Assembly (NCBI RefSeq): GCF_004010195.1
Contig: NC_057719.1
Coordinates: forward strand, 75,197,960-75,218,135
Reading direction: 5' to 3'
Source: Chiloscyllium plagiosum
Taxonomy: Eukaryota
Length of the DNA: 20,176 bases
A program made the translations under genes and the position numbers. Below the pieces are notes generated by a model. The model searched no databases and was not told the DNA's origin. It worked only from the letters and a program-made list of their open reading frames with translations. Of the stretch, positions 9,856 through 20,176 are shown piece by piece. Position 1 is the first letter of the stretch. Every line of letters starts with the position of its first letter.

Positions 9856-11353
9856 ATAGACTCATAGAATCCTATAGCATGGAGACAGACCCTTTGGCCC
9901 AATAGGTCCATGCCAACCAAAATGTCCACCTATACTAACACCATTTCGCTGTACATGGCCTATACCCTTCTAATCCTTTCCTATCCATGTACTTGCTCAA
10001 ATGCCTTTTAAATGTTGTTAATGTACCCACCTCAAGCATTTCCACTGGCAGCTCATTCCATATGTGTACCACCCACTGTGTAGTAAAAGCTGCCCCTCAG
10101 GTTCCCTTTTATTCTTTCCCCTCTAACCTTAAACTGATGCCCTCTAGTCTGTGATTTCCTCAAACCTGGGAAAATGACTGGGTACAATTCACCCTATCCA
10201 TGCCTCTCAGAATCTTAAACATTTCTATAAGTCTCCTATGCTCGAAAGAAAAAGATCTTAGCTTGTCTAACCTTTCCCTATGACTCAAATCGTTGAGTTC
10301 TGGCAACATCCTTGAGAATTTCTTCTATACTCTGTCCAATTTAATAACATCCTTCCTATAGCAAGATGAGTAAAACTGAACACAATACTCCAAATGTGGC
10401 CTCGCCAACGTCCTGTATAAATGCAATATAATGTCCCAACTGCGATAATCAATGCCCTGACTGATGAAGGCCAGTGTGCCAAAAGCCTTCTTCATTGCCC
10501 TGTCTGACTCCACATTCAGAGAACCATGTACCTGAACTCCAAGGTCCCTCTGTTCCACTAGACTCCTTAAGGCCCCTACCTTGATTTGACTTTCAAAAAC
10601 ACAAGACTTCACACTTATTTATATTAATCTCCATTTGCCATTTCTTGGCCCACTTCCCCAGGTGATCAAAGTCCTGCTGCAATTTCTGACAACATTCCTC
10701 ACTGTCCACGATACTGCCTATTTTAGTGTCATCTGCAAACATGCCTTGTAATCATGTCTTGCATATTCTTATCCAAATCACTGATATAGATAACAAACTG
10801 TAGTGGGCCCAGCACCGACCCCTGAGGCACTCTGCTAGTCACAGGCCTCCAGTCCGACAAGCATCCTTCCACTATTACCCTCTGCTTCCTCCCATCAAGC
10901 CAATTTTGTATCTAATTTGCCGGCTCCGGTTGGATTCCATGCGTTCTAGTCTTCCAGAGCAACCTACCATGTGAACCTTATCAAAGGCCTTACTGAAATC
11001 CATATAGACTATGTTTACTAGCCTACCATTTTCAGCCTTCCTGGTCACTTCGTCAAAGAACTCGAACAAATTTGTGAGGCATGGTCTCTCATGCACAAAG
11101 CTGTGCTGACTACTTCTAATCCAACCCTGCCTTTCCAAATGCATGTGCATCTTATCTCAGATTCTTCTCAATAGTCTTACCCACTACAGATGTTAAGTTT
11201 ACTGGTCTATAATTCCCAGGTTTTTCTTTTTAGCCTTTCTTGAATAAGGGCACAACATTCACTACCCTGTAGTCTTCAGGGACTTCACCCGATGATGCAA
11301 AAATATCAGCCAGGGTCCCCGTAATTTCTTCTCTAGTCTCTCGTAGTGTTCTT
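9856..11353 (-). mobile_element. 5'-truncated CR1 LINE (RT plus 3'UTR), decayed
   Basis: Minus strand: QHSF...CLTNLFEFFDEVT...VYMDFSKAFDKV (ORF 10875-11150), FADD at 10739-10728, RDLGVQV...RPHLEYCVQF (ORF 10325-10612). Tail at ~9856-9872. Confidence 0.9.
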
Positions 11354-11670
11354 GTATGTTGTGTTAAAATAGAGGGCCAGCCATGATCATATGGAATGGA
11401 GGAGCAGCCTTGACGGGCTGAATGGCCTACTGCTCTTAGTTTCTACATTTCTCTCTCTGTTTCCTTTCACTCAGACAATTTTGTATTCATGCTGCTCCTG
11501 CTTCTTTTATTTCAATGAACTCTAACGTTGCTGCAGGCTTGTTACGTGGCACTATATCCAATGCTTTTTAAAATCTATGCACATCACATCAATCACGTCA
11601 AACCTCTTTGTTACCTCGTCAAAAAATTCAAAGCAAGTGAGTTAAACCTGATACGGCGATATATACAAAT

Positions 11671-13172
11671 AGAGTCAGAGAGTCATAGAGTCATAGAGGT
11701 GCACAGCACAGAAACAGACCCTTCAGTCCAACTTGTCCATGCCGACCAGCTATCCTAAATTAATCTAGTCCCATTTCTCAGCATCTAGCCCACATCCCTC
11801 CAAACCCTTCCTATTCATATACCCATCCAGATGCCTTTTAAGTGTTGCAATTGTACCACTTCCTCTGGCAGCTCATTCCATACACGCACTACCTTCTGCA
11901 TGAAAAGGTTGCCCCTTATGTACCTTTTACATCTTTCCCCTCTCACTTAAAACTGTGCCCTCTAGTTCTGGACTCCCCCACCCCAGGGAAAACACCTTGT
12001 CTATTTACCCTATCCATGCCCCTCATGATTTTATAAACCTCTATAAGGACATCCGTCAGCCTCCGACGCTCCAGAGAAAACAGCCCCAGCCTGTTCAGCC
12101 TCTCCCTAAAGCTCAGATCCTCTAACCCTGGCAACATCTTTGTAAATTTTTTTTGAACCCTTTCAAGTTTCACAACATCCTTCCAATAGGAAGGAGACCA
12201 GAATTGCACGCAATATTCCAAAAGTGGCCTAACTAAAGGCCTGTACACTGCAACATGACCTTCGAACTCCTGTACTCAATACTCTGACTGATAAAGGAAA
12301 GCATACCTAACGGCTTCTTCACTATCCTATCTACCTGTGACTCCACTTTCAAGGAGCTATGAACCTGCACCCCAAGGTCTCTTTGTTCAGCAACACTCCC
12401 GAGGTCCTTACCATTAATTGTATAAGTCCTGTTAAGATTGGCTTTCCCATAATGCAACACCTGGCATTTATCTAAGTTAAACTCCATCTGCCACTCCTCA
12501 ACCCATTGGCCCATCTGATCAAGATCCCATTGTAATCTGAGGTAGCCTCCTTTGCTGTCCTCTACACTTCCACTTCTGGGGTCATCTGTCATAAAGTCAT
12601 GTTGACAATCCCTAATCAATCCTTGCCTTTCCAAATACATGTAAATCCTGTCCCTCACGATTCCCTCCAACAACTTGCCCACCACCGACGTCAAGCTCAC
12701 CGTCTATAGTTCCCTGGCTTGTCCTTACCACCTTTCTTAAACAGTGACACCATGTTTGCCAACCTCCAGTCTTCCAGCATCTCACCTGTGACTAGCGATG
12801 ATACAAACATTTCAGCAGGAGGCCCAGCAATCACTTCCCTAGCTTCCCAAAGAGTTCTAGAGTATACCTGATCAGGTCCTGGGGATGTATCCACCGTTAT
12901 GCGTTTCAAGACATCCAGCACTTTACCCTCTGTTATATGTACATTTTTCAAAATGTCACCATCTATTTCCCTACATTCTATATCTTCCATGTCCTTTTCC
13001 GCAGTAAATACTGATGCAAAATACACGTTTAGTATCTCCCCCCATCTCCTGTGGCTCCATACAAAGGCTGCTTTGCTGATCTTTGAGGGGCCCTATTCTC
13101 TCCCTAGTTTCCCTTTTGTCCTTAATTATTTGTAAAGACCCTTTGGATTCTCCTTAATCCTATTTGCCAAAG
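11671..13172 (-). mobile_element. 5'-truncated CR1 LINE with an internal RT deletion
   Basis: ORFs 12697-13026 (SPGPD...PGNYR), 12233-12700 (SLTSVVGKLLE...QHDF joined to TDD...WQMEFN) and 11943-12248 (RPLLEYCVQFWSP). (CTATGACT)n-type tail at ~11671-11698. Confidence 0.92.
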
Positions 13173-13520
13173 TTGACTTGGATGAAAATGTAGATGGGCG
13201 GGTTAGTAAGTTTGCAGATGATATGAGGAACAGTAGAGTTGTGGGCTGTATAGAAGGTTGTCAAAGGATACAGCGTGATATAGATCAGTTAGAGAAATGG
13301 CAGATGAAGTTTAATCCGGGTAATTGTGAGATGATGCACGTGAGGAGATAAAATGTTAAGGAAAAGTATGCAGGTAATTACAGGACCCTGAACAGCATTG
13401 ATGTACAGAGGGATCTTGAGGTTCAAGTCCATAGTTCCCTGAAAGTAGCCATGCAAGTATATAGGGTGGTGAAGAAGGCATACGTCATGCTTGCCTTTAT
13501 TACTCAGGGAATTGAGTACA

Positions 13521-13716
13521 AGAGTCGAGAGTGTGGTGCTCAAAAAGCACAGCAGGTCAGGTAGCTGGAGAATAGACATCTTGGGCATCCTGATGAAGGG
13601 CTTATGCCCGAAATGTCGATTCTGCTGCTCTTCGGATGCTGCCTGACCTCCTGTGCTTTTCCAGCACCTCACTCTCGACTCTGATCACCGGCATCTGCAG
13701 TCCTCATTTACTCCTT
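13521..13716 (+). mobile_element. Fold-back Penelope-like (pLTR-end) insertion with a 10-bp TSD
   Basis: ATTGAGTACA at 13511-13520 and 13717-13726. 13521-13565 is an imperfect inverted copy of 13638-13682. The right arm matches 4483-4603. Confidence 0.8.
13585..13622 (+). ncRNA. Minimal type I hammerhead ribozyme motif (Penelope-type), slightly decayed
   Basis: gcATC-CTGATGA(13590-13596)-A-GGGC TTAT GCCC-GAAA(13610-13613)-T-GTC-GATtc: catalytic boxes, 4-bp stem II, short stem I and vestigial stem III. Predicted cut after C13617. Confidence 0.7.
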
Positions 13717-14465
13717 ATTGAGTACAGCAGTCAGGATGTCATGTTGCAGCTTTATCAAACTTTGGTTAGGCCACACTTAGAGTATTGTATTTAATTCTGG
13801 TCGCCACATTACAGGAAGGATTTGGAGGCTTTGGAGAGAGTGCAGAAGAGGTTTACCAGGATGCTGCCTGGATTAGAGGGCATGAGTTGTAAGGTGAGGC
13901 TAGAAAAATTCAGGTTACTTTCTCTGGAGTGGCAGAGGCGGAGGGGAGACTTGATAGAAATTTTTAAAGTTATGAGATGTACAGATATGGTTGACAGTCA
14001 AGATCTTTTTCCCAGAGTTGAAATATTTAAACCTAGAGGACATGCATTTAAGGTGAGAGAGGGAAAGTTGAAAGGAGATGTGAGGGACAAGTTTTTTACA
14101 TAGAGAGTGGTAGGAGTGTGGAACATGCTGCCGAGGTGGTGGTGGAGGCAGGTACAATAGGAATGTTTAAGGGACTTTTGGATAAACACATGAATATGCA
14201 AGAGTGGAGGTATAGGACCAACGGCAGGCAGGAGGGATTCGATTAACTTGGGGTCACGTTCGATACAATATTGTGGGCCAAGGGGCCAGTTTCTATGCTG
14301 TACAATTTTATGTTCTATATTCAAAGTCCATACTTGCCTTCCTTATCTTTTCCATTTGGCCCAAAATATTATTTCTCTCTGCCACCAATGTTACGTAGAC
14401 GGACCTGTAGTCAGTGGACTTATCCTGACACCCTTGTTTTAACAAGAGTGTAACATTCTCCAGTC

Positions 14466-15001
14466 AGGACATTGTTTTGGCCACTTTTGGAATATTGTGT
14501 GCAATTCTGGTCTCCCTGCTATAGGACGGATGTTGTGAAACTTGAAATGGTTCAGAAAAGATTTACAAGGACATTGCCCCAGAGTTAGAGGGTTTGAGCT
14601 ATCGGAGAGACTGAATAGGCTGAGGCTGTTTTCCCTGGAGCGTCAAAGCCTGAGGGGTGATCTTATAGAGGTTTATAAAGTCATGAGGGCATGGATAGGA
14701 TAAATAGACAAGGTCTTTTCCCTGGGATGGGGGAGTCCAAAACTAGAAAGTGTAGGTTTAAGGTGAGGGGGGAAAGATATAAAAGGGAACAAAAGGGCAA
14801 CTTTTTCACACAGAGGGTGGCAGGTGTATGGAGCTGCCAGAGGTGATGGTGGAGGCTAGTACAATTGCAACATTTAAAAGGCATCTGGGTTTAGAGCAAT
14901 ATGGGCCAAATGTGAACTAGATTTATCGAGGATATCTGGTCAGCATTAATGAGTTGGACTGAAGGGTCTGTTTCCATGCTGTACATCTCTATGACTCTAT
15001 G
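14466..15001 (+). mobile_element. CR1 3' fragment, same subfamily as 4671-5273 and 11671-12270
   Basis: GGCCACTTTTGGAATATTGTGTGCAATTCTGGTCTCC... ending TTTCCATGCTGTACATCTCTATGACTCTATG; aligns visibly with those copies. Confidence 0.92.
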
Positions 15002-16473
15002 TCTCTGGAACCAACCCTATTTTTGTGTTATGACTTATACTTCCTGCTTCTGATATTTGTACATTTTCTTCCCTTGGTAAATTTGAATGCATCTCATCTG
15101 GTCTAAGTGACTTATCAATATGAAATACAACCAGCCTATTTCAATATCTTGATTTTATTAATTTTAAGCCCAACCAATGTCCTAACTAACTAACCCCCTT
15201 TTCTCTAGCATACACAATTGTCTCAGTGAAAAATGAAAAGTATTAATTTAGTACTTCAGCCATTCCAAGTGTAAACTCATTTCTTTTATCATCCTTTTCA
15301 TAATAATTAGTCTCTAGAGGACTTCTAGATTGGCAGCTAATATAAAAGGCAATCTTCTCTCACACTCTGTCTTCGCTTCCCTTTTCTTTCACTCTCCCTT
15401 ATTGAGGCTGATAGGATTATCCACATCAGATTTTATGTACACCCTTGCTCTTCATCTCTATCACCATCCAGGAGGCTCTGGATTCCCTTTTATCTTAATA
15501 ATTCCACTAATGGGAATGTATCTTACTCTACCTGCTCTTTGAAGGCACTCTGTTGTTCCATTGCAGTTTAGTTTGCCATTCTTCGATTAAAATTAAGCTG
15601 GGGCAGATCCATTCTCACCCACTGGAATCTGGCCCAACCCCAATTAATTGCTTTCATACTGGGTTGCTGCTTTCCCTTTTTCATAGCTAACCTAAATCTG
15701 GGGATACTCTGATCACTGGTCTAAATGTGTCCCTAATGATGTTTGACCTACTTTACCTACCTCATTCCCAGAATCAGATTCTACAATGGCCCTTTCCTCA
15801 TAGGACTGCAAACACATAATCCTTCTGAACACATTCTAGAAAAGCTTGCCTAGCTTTGCCTTTTCAATTGATACAATCCCAATCTTGACAGTGGTAATAA
15901 CTCAGTTCCCTACAGCATCTAGTCTGTAATCATGCCCCTCCCTATCATTTCCTTACAAATATTTCCTTACAAACTAGTTCACTCCAACTAGTTGGTGCCC
16001 TACAGAATAGACTCAACAATGTAACATTACCGCTGTTGTTTCTTAACCCTAACTAAGTAGAATCTGTGCTTGACTTCACTGGTTGACCCTTTAAGTCCCA
16101 GCACATTAGTGTTTTCCTTAATCAATATTATGAAAACTTCACTTTTCTTTCCTTCTCTGCTTTTCCTGTGTATTTTTTATGCAGGAATATTTAATTAAAT
16201 CAGTCCCGTCCTGTATTAAGCCAAGTCTCAGTTGTCACCACAAGATCATATTTTCACTTGGCAGTCAGCACCTGCGGTTCACCAACTTTATCTACCACCC
16301 ACTGTGCATTCATATACATGCGCAATAAGTCTAATTTAAAGCCTATTACATTCTCTTTTATCCTGATCCCACCTAATAGCTTGCTATTTTCTATTTTATA
16401 TAATCAGTTTTACCAAACTCTTTGTGTGCCTTGGTACTCTTCTTTAATATGACCTCTTGATTTGTACACTACT

Positions 16474-17074
16474 CTCACATCAACACCTCGGTCAAGAAAG
16501 CACAACAACGTCTCTACTTCCTCAGGGGACTGAGGAAATTTGGCACATCCACAATGCCTGTCACCAATTTTTATAGATACCATCCTATCTGAATGGTCAC
16601 AGCGTGGTATGATAACTGCTTTTCCCAAAACCGCCAGAAACTAGAGAGTCATGAATACAGCCCAATCCATCACACAAACCAGCCTCCCATCCATTGGCTC
16701 CATCCATACCTGCCGCTTCCTCGGGAAAGCAACCAACCTAACCAAAGACCCCTCCAGTCATACGCTTTCCCACCCTCTTCCGTCGGGCAGAAGATAAAAA
16801 AGTTTGAATACCCAAGGGAATAGATAGAAGAACAGTTTCTTCCCTGCTGTTGTCAGACTTTTGAATGGACCTCTCAAATGTTTAACGCGGGTCTTTCTCT
16901 CTCTATCTCGGTCTACATCTTCTCGGCAGCTATAACACTGCATTCTACACTCTGTTCTGCTATCCAGATGCATTTTGCCTGGTACGATTGGCCTGTATAG
17001 CATGCAAAACAACACTTGTTGCTGTATCTCGGTACATGTGATAACAATAAGTTAATCAAGTAATCAATCAATCA
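16474..17074 (+). mobile_element. Rex1/Babar-type LINE 3' end
   Basis: VKKAQQRLYFLRGLRKFG...TNFYR...TAWY.NC RT C-terminal signature, 3'UTR and (AATC)n tail. Confidence 0.8.
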
Positions 17075-17266
17075 CATTAGTTTAAACTCCACCCAACAGC
17101 AGTCACAATTAACCCTACAAGATCATTGGTTCCCATTTCTGTTCATATACAACTTGTCCAGTCTTTACTGGTACCATTCTCCTCAGAATCATTCAGAATG
17201 TCCAAGGAATCTAAATCTCTTCCTCCTGGATCATCTCTCCAGCAGTCAGCTGCTCTATCCTCTAAT

Positions 17267-17583
17267 GGGGTGGTATGGTGGCACAGTGGTTAGCACTGCT
17301 GCCTCACAGTGCCAGAGACCCGGGTTCAATTTCCGCCTCAGGCAACTGTCTGTGTGGGGTTTGCATATTCTCCCCGTATCTCCGTGGGTTTCCTCCGGGT
17401 GCTCCAGTTTCCTCCCACAGTCCCAAGATGTGCAGGTTAGGTGAATTGGCCATGCTAAATTGCCTGTAGTGTAAGGTGAAGGGGTAAATGTAGGGGAAGG
17501 GGTCTGAGTGGGTTGCCCTTCAGAGGGTCGGTGTGGACTTGTTGGGCCAAGGGGCCTGTTTCCACACTGTAAGTAATCTAATC
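17267..17583 (+). mobile_element. HE1-type V-SINE, full length
   Basis: A box TGGCACAGTGG, B box GGTTCAATT, V-domain GGGTTTCCTCCGGGTGCTCCAGTTTCCTCCCACA, tail GTAATCTAATC. Confidence 0.93.
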
Positions 17584-17616
17584 ATAAGAATCAGTTACAG
17601 AATAATTTAAACTTAA

Positions 17617-17933
17617 GGGGCGGCACAGTGGCTCAATGCTTAGCACTGCTGCCTCACAGCACCAGGGTCCTTTGTTCGATTTCCCCCCCTGTCTGTGTGG
17701 AGTTTGCACATTCTCCCTGTGTCTGTGTGGGTTTCCTCCGGGTGCTCCGGTTTCCTCCCACAATCCAAAGCCGTGCAGGTCAGGTGAATTGGCCATGCTA
17801 AATTGCCCACAGTGTTAGGTGCGTTAGTCAGGGGTAAATATAGGCGAATGGGTATGGGTGGGTTTGGAGGGGTGGTGTGGACTTGTTGGGCCAAAGGGCC
17901 TGTATCCACACTGAAGAGAATCGAATCGGATCT
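17617..17933 (+). mobile_element. HE1-type V-SINE, full length, second of a tandem pair
   Basis: GGGGCGGCACAGTGGCTCAATG, B box GTTCGATT, same V-domain, tail GAATCGAATCGGATCT. Confidence 0.93.
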
Positions 17934-18319
17934 TATTTCTATGCTTACTAGCATTTGGTACTGGCCTTAATCCAAAGTATATTACTTTTGAGGTGCTGCT
18001 TGATAGTTTCTTCCCTCGCTCTGCATGCAGAATCTCATTGATCATTGTAGTTGTGTCATTGGCACCTATCTGGACAACAACCATTGGCTTTTGACCCTTC
18101 CCCCTCAATGTGGTCTCAAGCAGCCACCCTGTGATATCTTTAGACTTGGCTCTAAAGAGGCAAAATACCATCAGCGATTCACATCTATTACAATAATGCC
18201 TGTCTGTTTCCCTAACTATTCAATTCTTTACCACTAGCTCAGTTCTCAGAAACTCAGACACTGAACCAATATGTTGTCACTGTTTTCACAGTGAAAGATA
18301 ATAATTTCTTCCCACAAAC

Positions 18320-19440
18320 TGCAGTTACTACAGAGGAACTTAGTGAAATTACTATAACGAGGGAGAAGGTATGAAGTAAACTAATGGGATTAAAGAAATA
18401 TAAGTCCCGATGGTCTGATGGCCTGCAACTGAGTGAATTAAAGGAGGTAGCAGCAGAGATATCAATTATGATATTCCAAGATTTCCTAGATTCTGGAAAT
18501 GTATCAATGGACTGGAAACTTGCTAATGATACCCTTATTCAAAAATGGCGATAGGCAAAAGGTGGGAACTAGGTTCGGCCTCTGTGGTGGGGACGTTGCA
18601 GGAGTCAGTCCTAAAGGAGGCGATAACTGAACACTTGGAAAAACAGCTCAAATCAGCAGGGTCAGCACGGTTTCATGAAGGGCAAGTCATGCTTGACAAA
18701 CATGCTAGAGCTCTTTGAGAGTGTAACCAGCAAGCTGAAAAAGTGGGGATCTGGGGGATGTGGTATATCTAGAATTCAAGAAGGCATTTGAGAAGGTGAT
18801 GCATAAAAGACAGATCCAGAAGGTTAGATCCTGGGGGGTTAAGGGTAGTGTATTGGCTTGGTCAGAGGATTTGCTGACTGGTAGAAAGCAGACAGTCGGG
18901 AGAAATGGGTCCTTCTCTGGATGGTGAACCGTAACCAGTGAGGTGCTGCAGGGTTCAGTTCATGGACCTCAACTGTTTACAATTTGTATCAATGATCTGT
19001 AAGCAGGGACAGAGTGTAACACAACAAAGTTTGCGGAGGATACTAAAATATGTAGGAAAGCAGGCCGTGATGGGGAGATAAAGAGTTTACAGATGGATAT
19101 TGACAGGCTAGGAGAACGGACCAGAATCTGGCAGATGGAGTTTAATGTGGATAAATGTGAGGTTGATCATCTTGGCCGGAAAAATAAAATAATAAAATTA
19201 TTTTTAAAATGTGAAACAGATTCAAAGTGTGTCAATGCAGAGGGATCTGGGCATATTTTTTGCATGAATTTCATAAAGTGGGTCTACAGATGCAGCATAT
19301 AATAAGAAAGGCAAATGGAATCCAGGCATTTATTGTAAAAGGATTGGATTAGAAAGGCAAAGAAGTGTCGTGGCAATTAAGGCATTGGTGAGATCATATC
19401 TGGATCAGTGTGTCCAGTTCTGTCTCCTTACTTGTAGGAC
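18320..19440 (+). mobile_element. Decayed CR1 RT fragment lacking a 3' tail
   Basis: QHGFMKGKSCLTNMLELFE, EFKKAFEKV, QGSV, KFAED (19030-19041), WQMEFNVDKCEV; breaks off at ~19435. Confidence 0.88.
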
Positions 19441-19928
19441 TTAAATAAATACACTCACCCAGCCAGCTGCTTTGGCTGTGTGATTGCCATTTTACTTTAT
19501 AAGAAGGATAACTGTAAGGTTTTTTACTTAAACAATCTATAAAGTTTGGATTTTAATTAATGAGAATAATCAGCCTTCTTTAGTTTTATTATCCCTGTTA
19601 TTTTGTTTTAAACATTGTCCCCTCAATCTAACTGATTAATTGAGCACTGACTTTAATATATTACACATTAGCAAATTGGCTGAAGCTTTTAGTTTTATAC
19701 TAATTTATCAAGTCTTACTTTCTAGTTGATTAATTTAGATGAAAATAAAATCTGACTGTGCACTCACGTTAAGAATCTAATTCTATGATCATCACCATTC
19801 ATTTTGTATGGAAAGATGCAAGTGAAACCAAAAGTCAAGACATCAGTTTGTTATCTGTAATCACAACTGGACTGGAAAAACAGGCTTTGACTTCAGTTTT
19901 CATCTGGTGGGTACAGGAGCAGGTAAGA

Positions 19929-20176
19929 GGTAGGAGGAGTGCCGAGGATGTTAGACAGGCTTTCAGGGAGCTAGGTTGGAAGCTCAGAGTTAGAACGAAC
20001 AGAGTTGTTGTCTCTGGTTTGTTACCCGTGCCATGTGATAGAGATTCGAGGAATAGGGAAAGAGAACACTTAAATGCGTGGCTACAGGGATGGTGCAGGA
20101 GGGAGGGATTCCGGTTTTTGGATAACTGGGGTTCTTTCTGGGGACGGTGGGACCTCTATAAACAGGATGGCCTCCA
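19929..20176 (+). mobile_element. CR1 ORF1 esterase C-terminal half, 5'-truncated, runs off the right edge
   Basis: Open frame GRRSAEDVRQAFRELGWKLRVRTNRVVVSGLLPVP...LNAWLQGWCRREGFRFLDNWGSFWGRWDLYKQDGL(H), homologous to 3610-3850. Confidence 0.9.

Larger units (their letters stand above)
9108..11452 (+). mobile_element. Old 5'-truncated CR1 3' fragment in three pieces (~9108-9380, ~9591-9855, ~11354-11452)
   Basis: AFIARGFEF...QLYKA and DLIET remnants. The 3'UTR resumes after the nested CR1 as CAGCCATGATCAT...GGGCTGAATGGCCTACT...TTTCTACATTTCT. Confidence 0.7.
13173..14317 (+). mobile_element. 5'-truncated CR1 LINE of another subfamily, interrupted at 13521-13716
   Basis: SKFADD (FADD 13211-13222), WQMKFN, RDLEVQV, ALERVQKRFTRMLPGL...RGDLIE (ORF 13822-14103). 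Tail TTTATGTTCTA. Confidence 0.9.
11530..18240 (-). mobile_element. Ancient near-full-length CR1, fragmented (~11530-11660, 14320-14465, 15003-16470, 17075-17266, 17934-18240)
   Basis: Collinear on the minus strand: esterase ORF1 (VVVQIGAND...KVIYFGLRPVP in ORF 17824-18171; ORF1 end ~17080), endonuclease (YMNAQ...DKVGE, TETWL ~16220-16320; SDQ ~15710) and RT (EFFDEVT...DF ~11530-11650). Highly diverged. Confidence 0.7.

Noticed and set aside
13289..13672. 127-aa minus-strand ORF and similar antisense ORFs over CR1 and SINE copies
   Set aside because: Shadow frames of repeats with no independent coding evidence.
19440..19780. AT-rich stretch possibly a minus-strand CR1 5'UTR relic
   Set aside because: No diagnostic motif; cannot be supported without alignment.
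19780..19927. Possible host exon ending at CAG|GTAAG (~19920-19927)
   Set aside because: No clear upstream acceptor or recognisable peptide, and it abuts a CR1 junction.
1..20176. Prokaryotic systems (CRISPR array, retron or defence-associated RT, operons)
   Set aside because: No repeat-spacer array or gene-dense organisation; every RT remnant fits vertebrate Gypsy, CR1 or Rex/Babar elements.

Overview
Eukaryotic, repeat-saturated genomic DNA with no recognisable intact host gene. HE1-type V-SINEs, a SacSINE1/DeuSINE-like relic and esterase-ORF1 CR1 LINEs point to an elasmobranch (shark/ray) genome; this is inferred from repeat content. The window is a nested pile of retroelements. (1) The 5' end of a minus-strand L1 is inserted in the RT of a decayed Ty3/Gypsy element (976-6529, 3' LTR present). 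(2) The Gypsy integrase zinc finger is split by an internally deleted CR1 (~2370-5273). (3) A ~1.5 kb repeat-poor AT-rich island (6530-8120) may hold a conserved enhancer. (4) Layered CR1, Rex1/Babar and SINE insertions follow, including an old minus-strand CR1 scattered over ~11.5-18.2 kb. The most notable signal is a short TSD-flanked, Penelope-type element present twice (4483-4603 and 13521-13716). The second copy is a fold-back carrying a minimal type I hammerhead ribozyme motif. Family assignments come from motif recognition only, and boundaries marked ~ are approximate.
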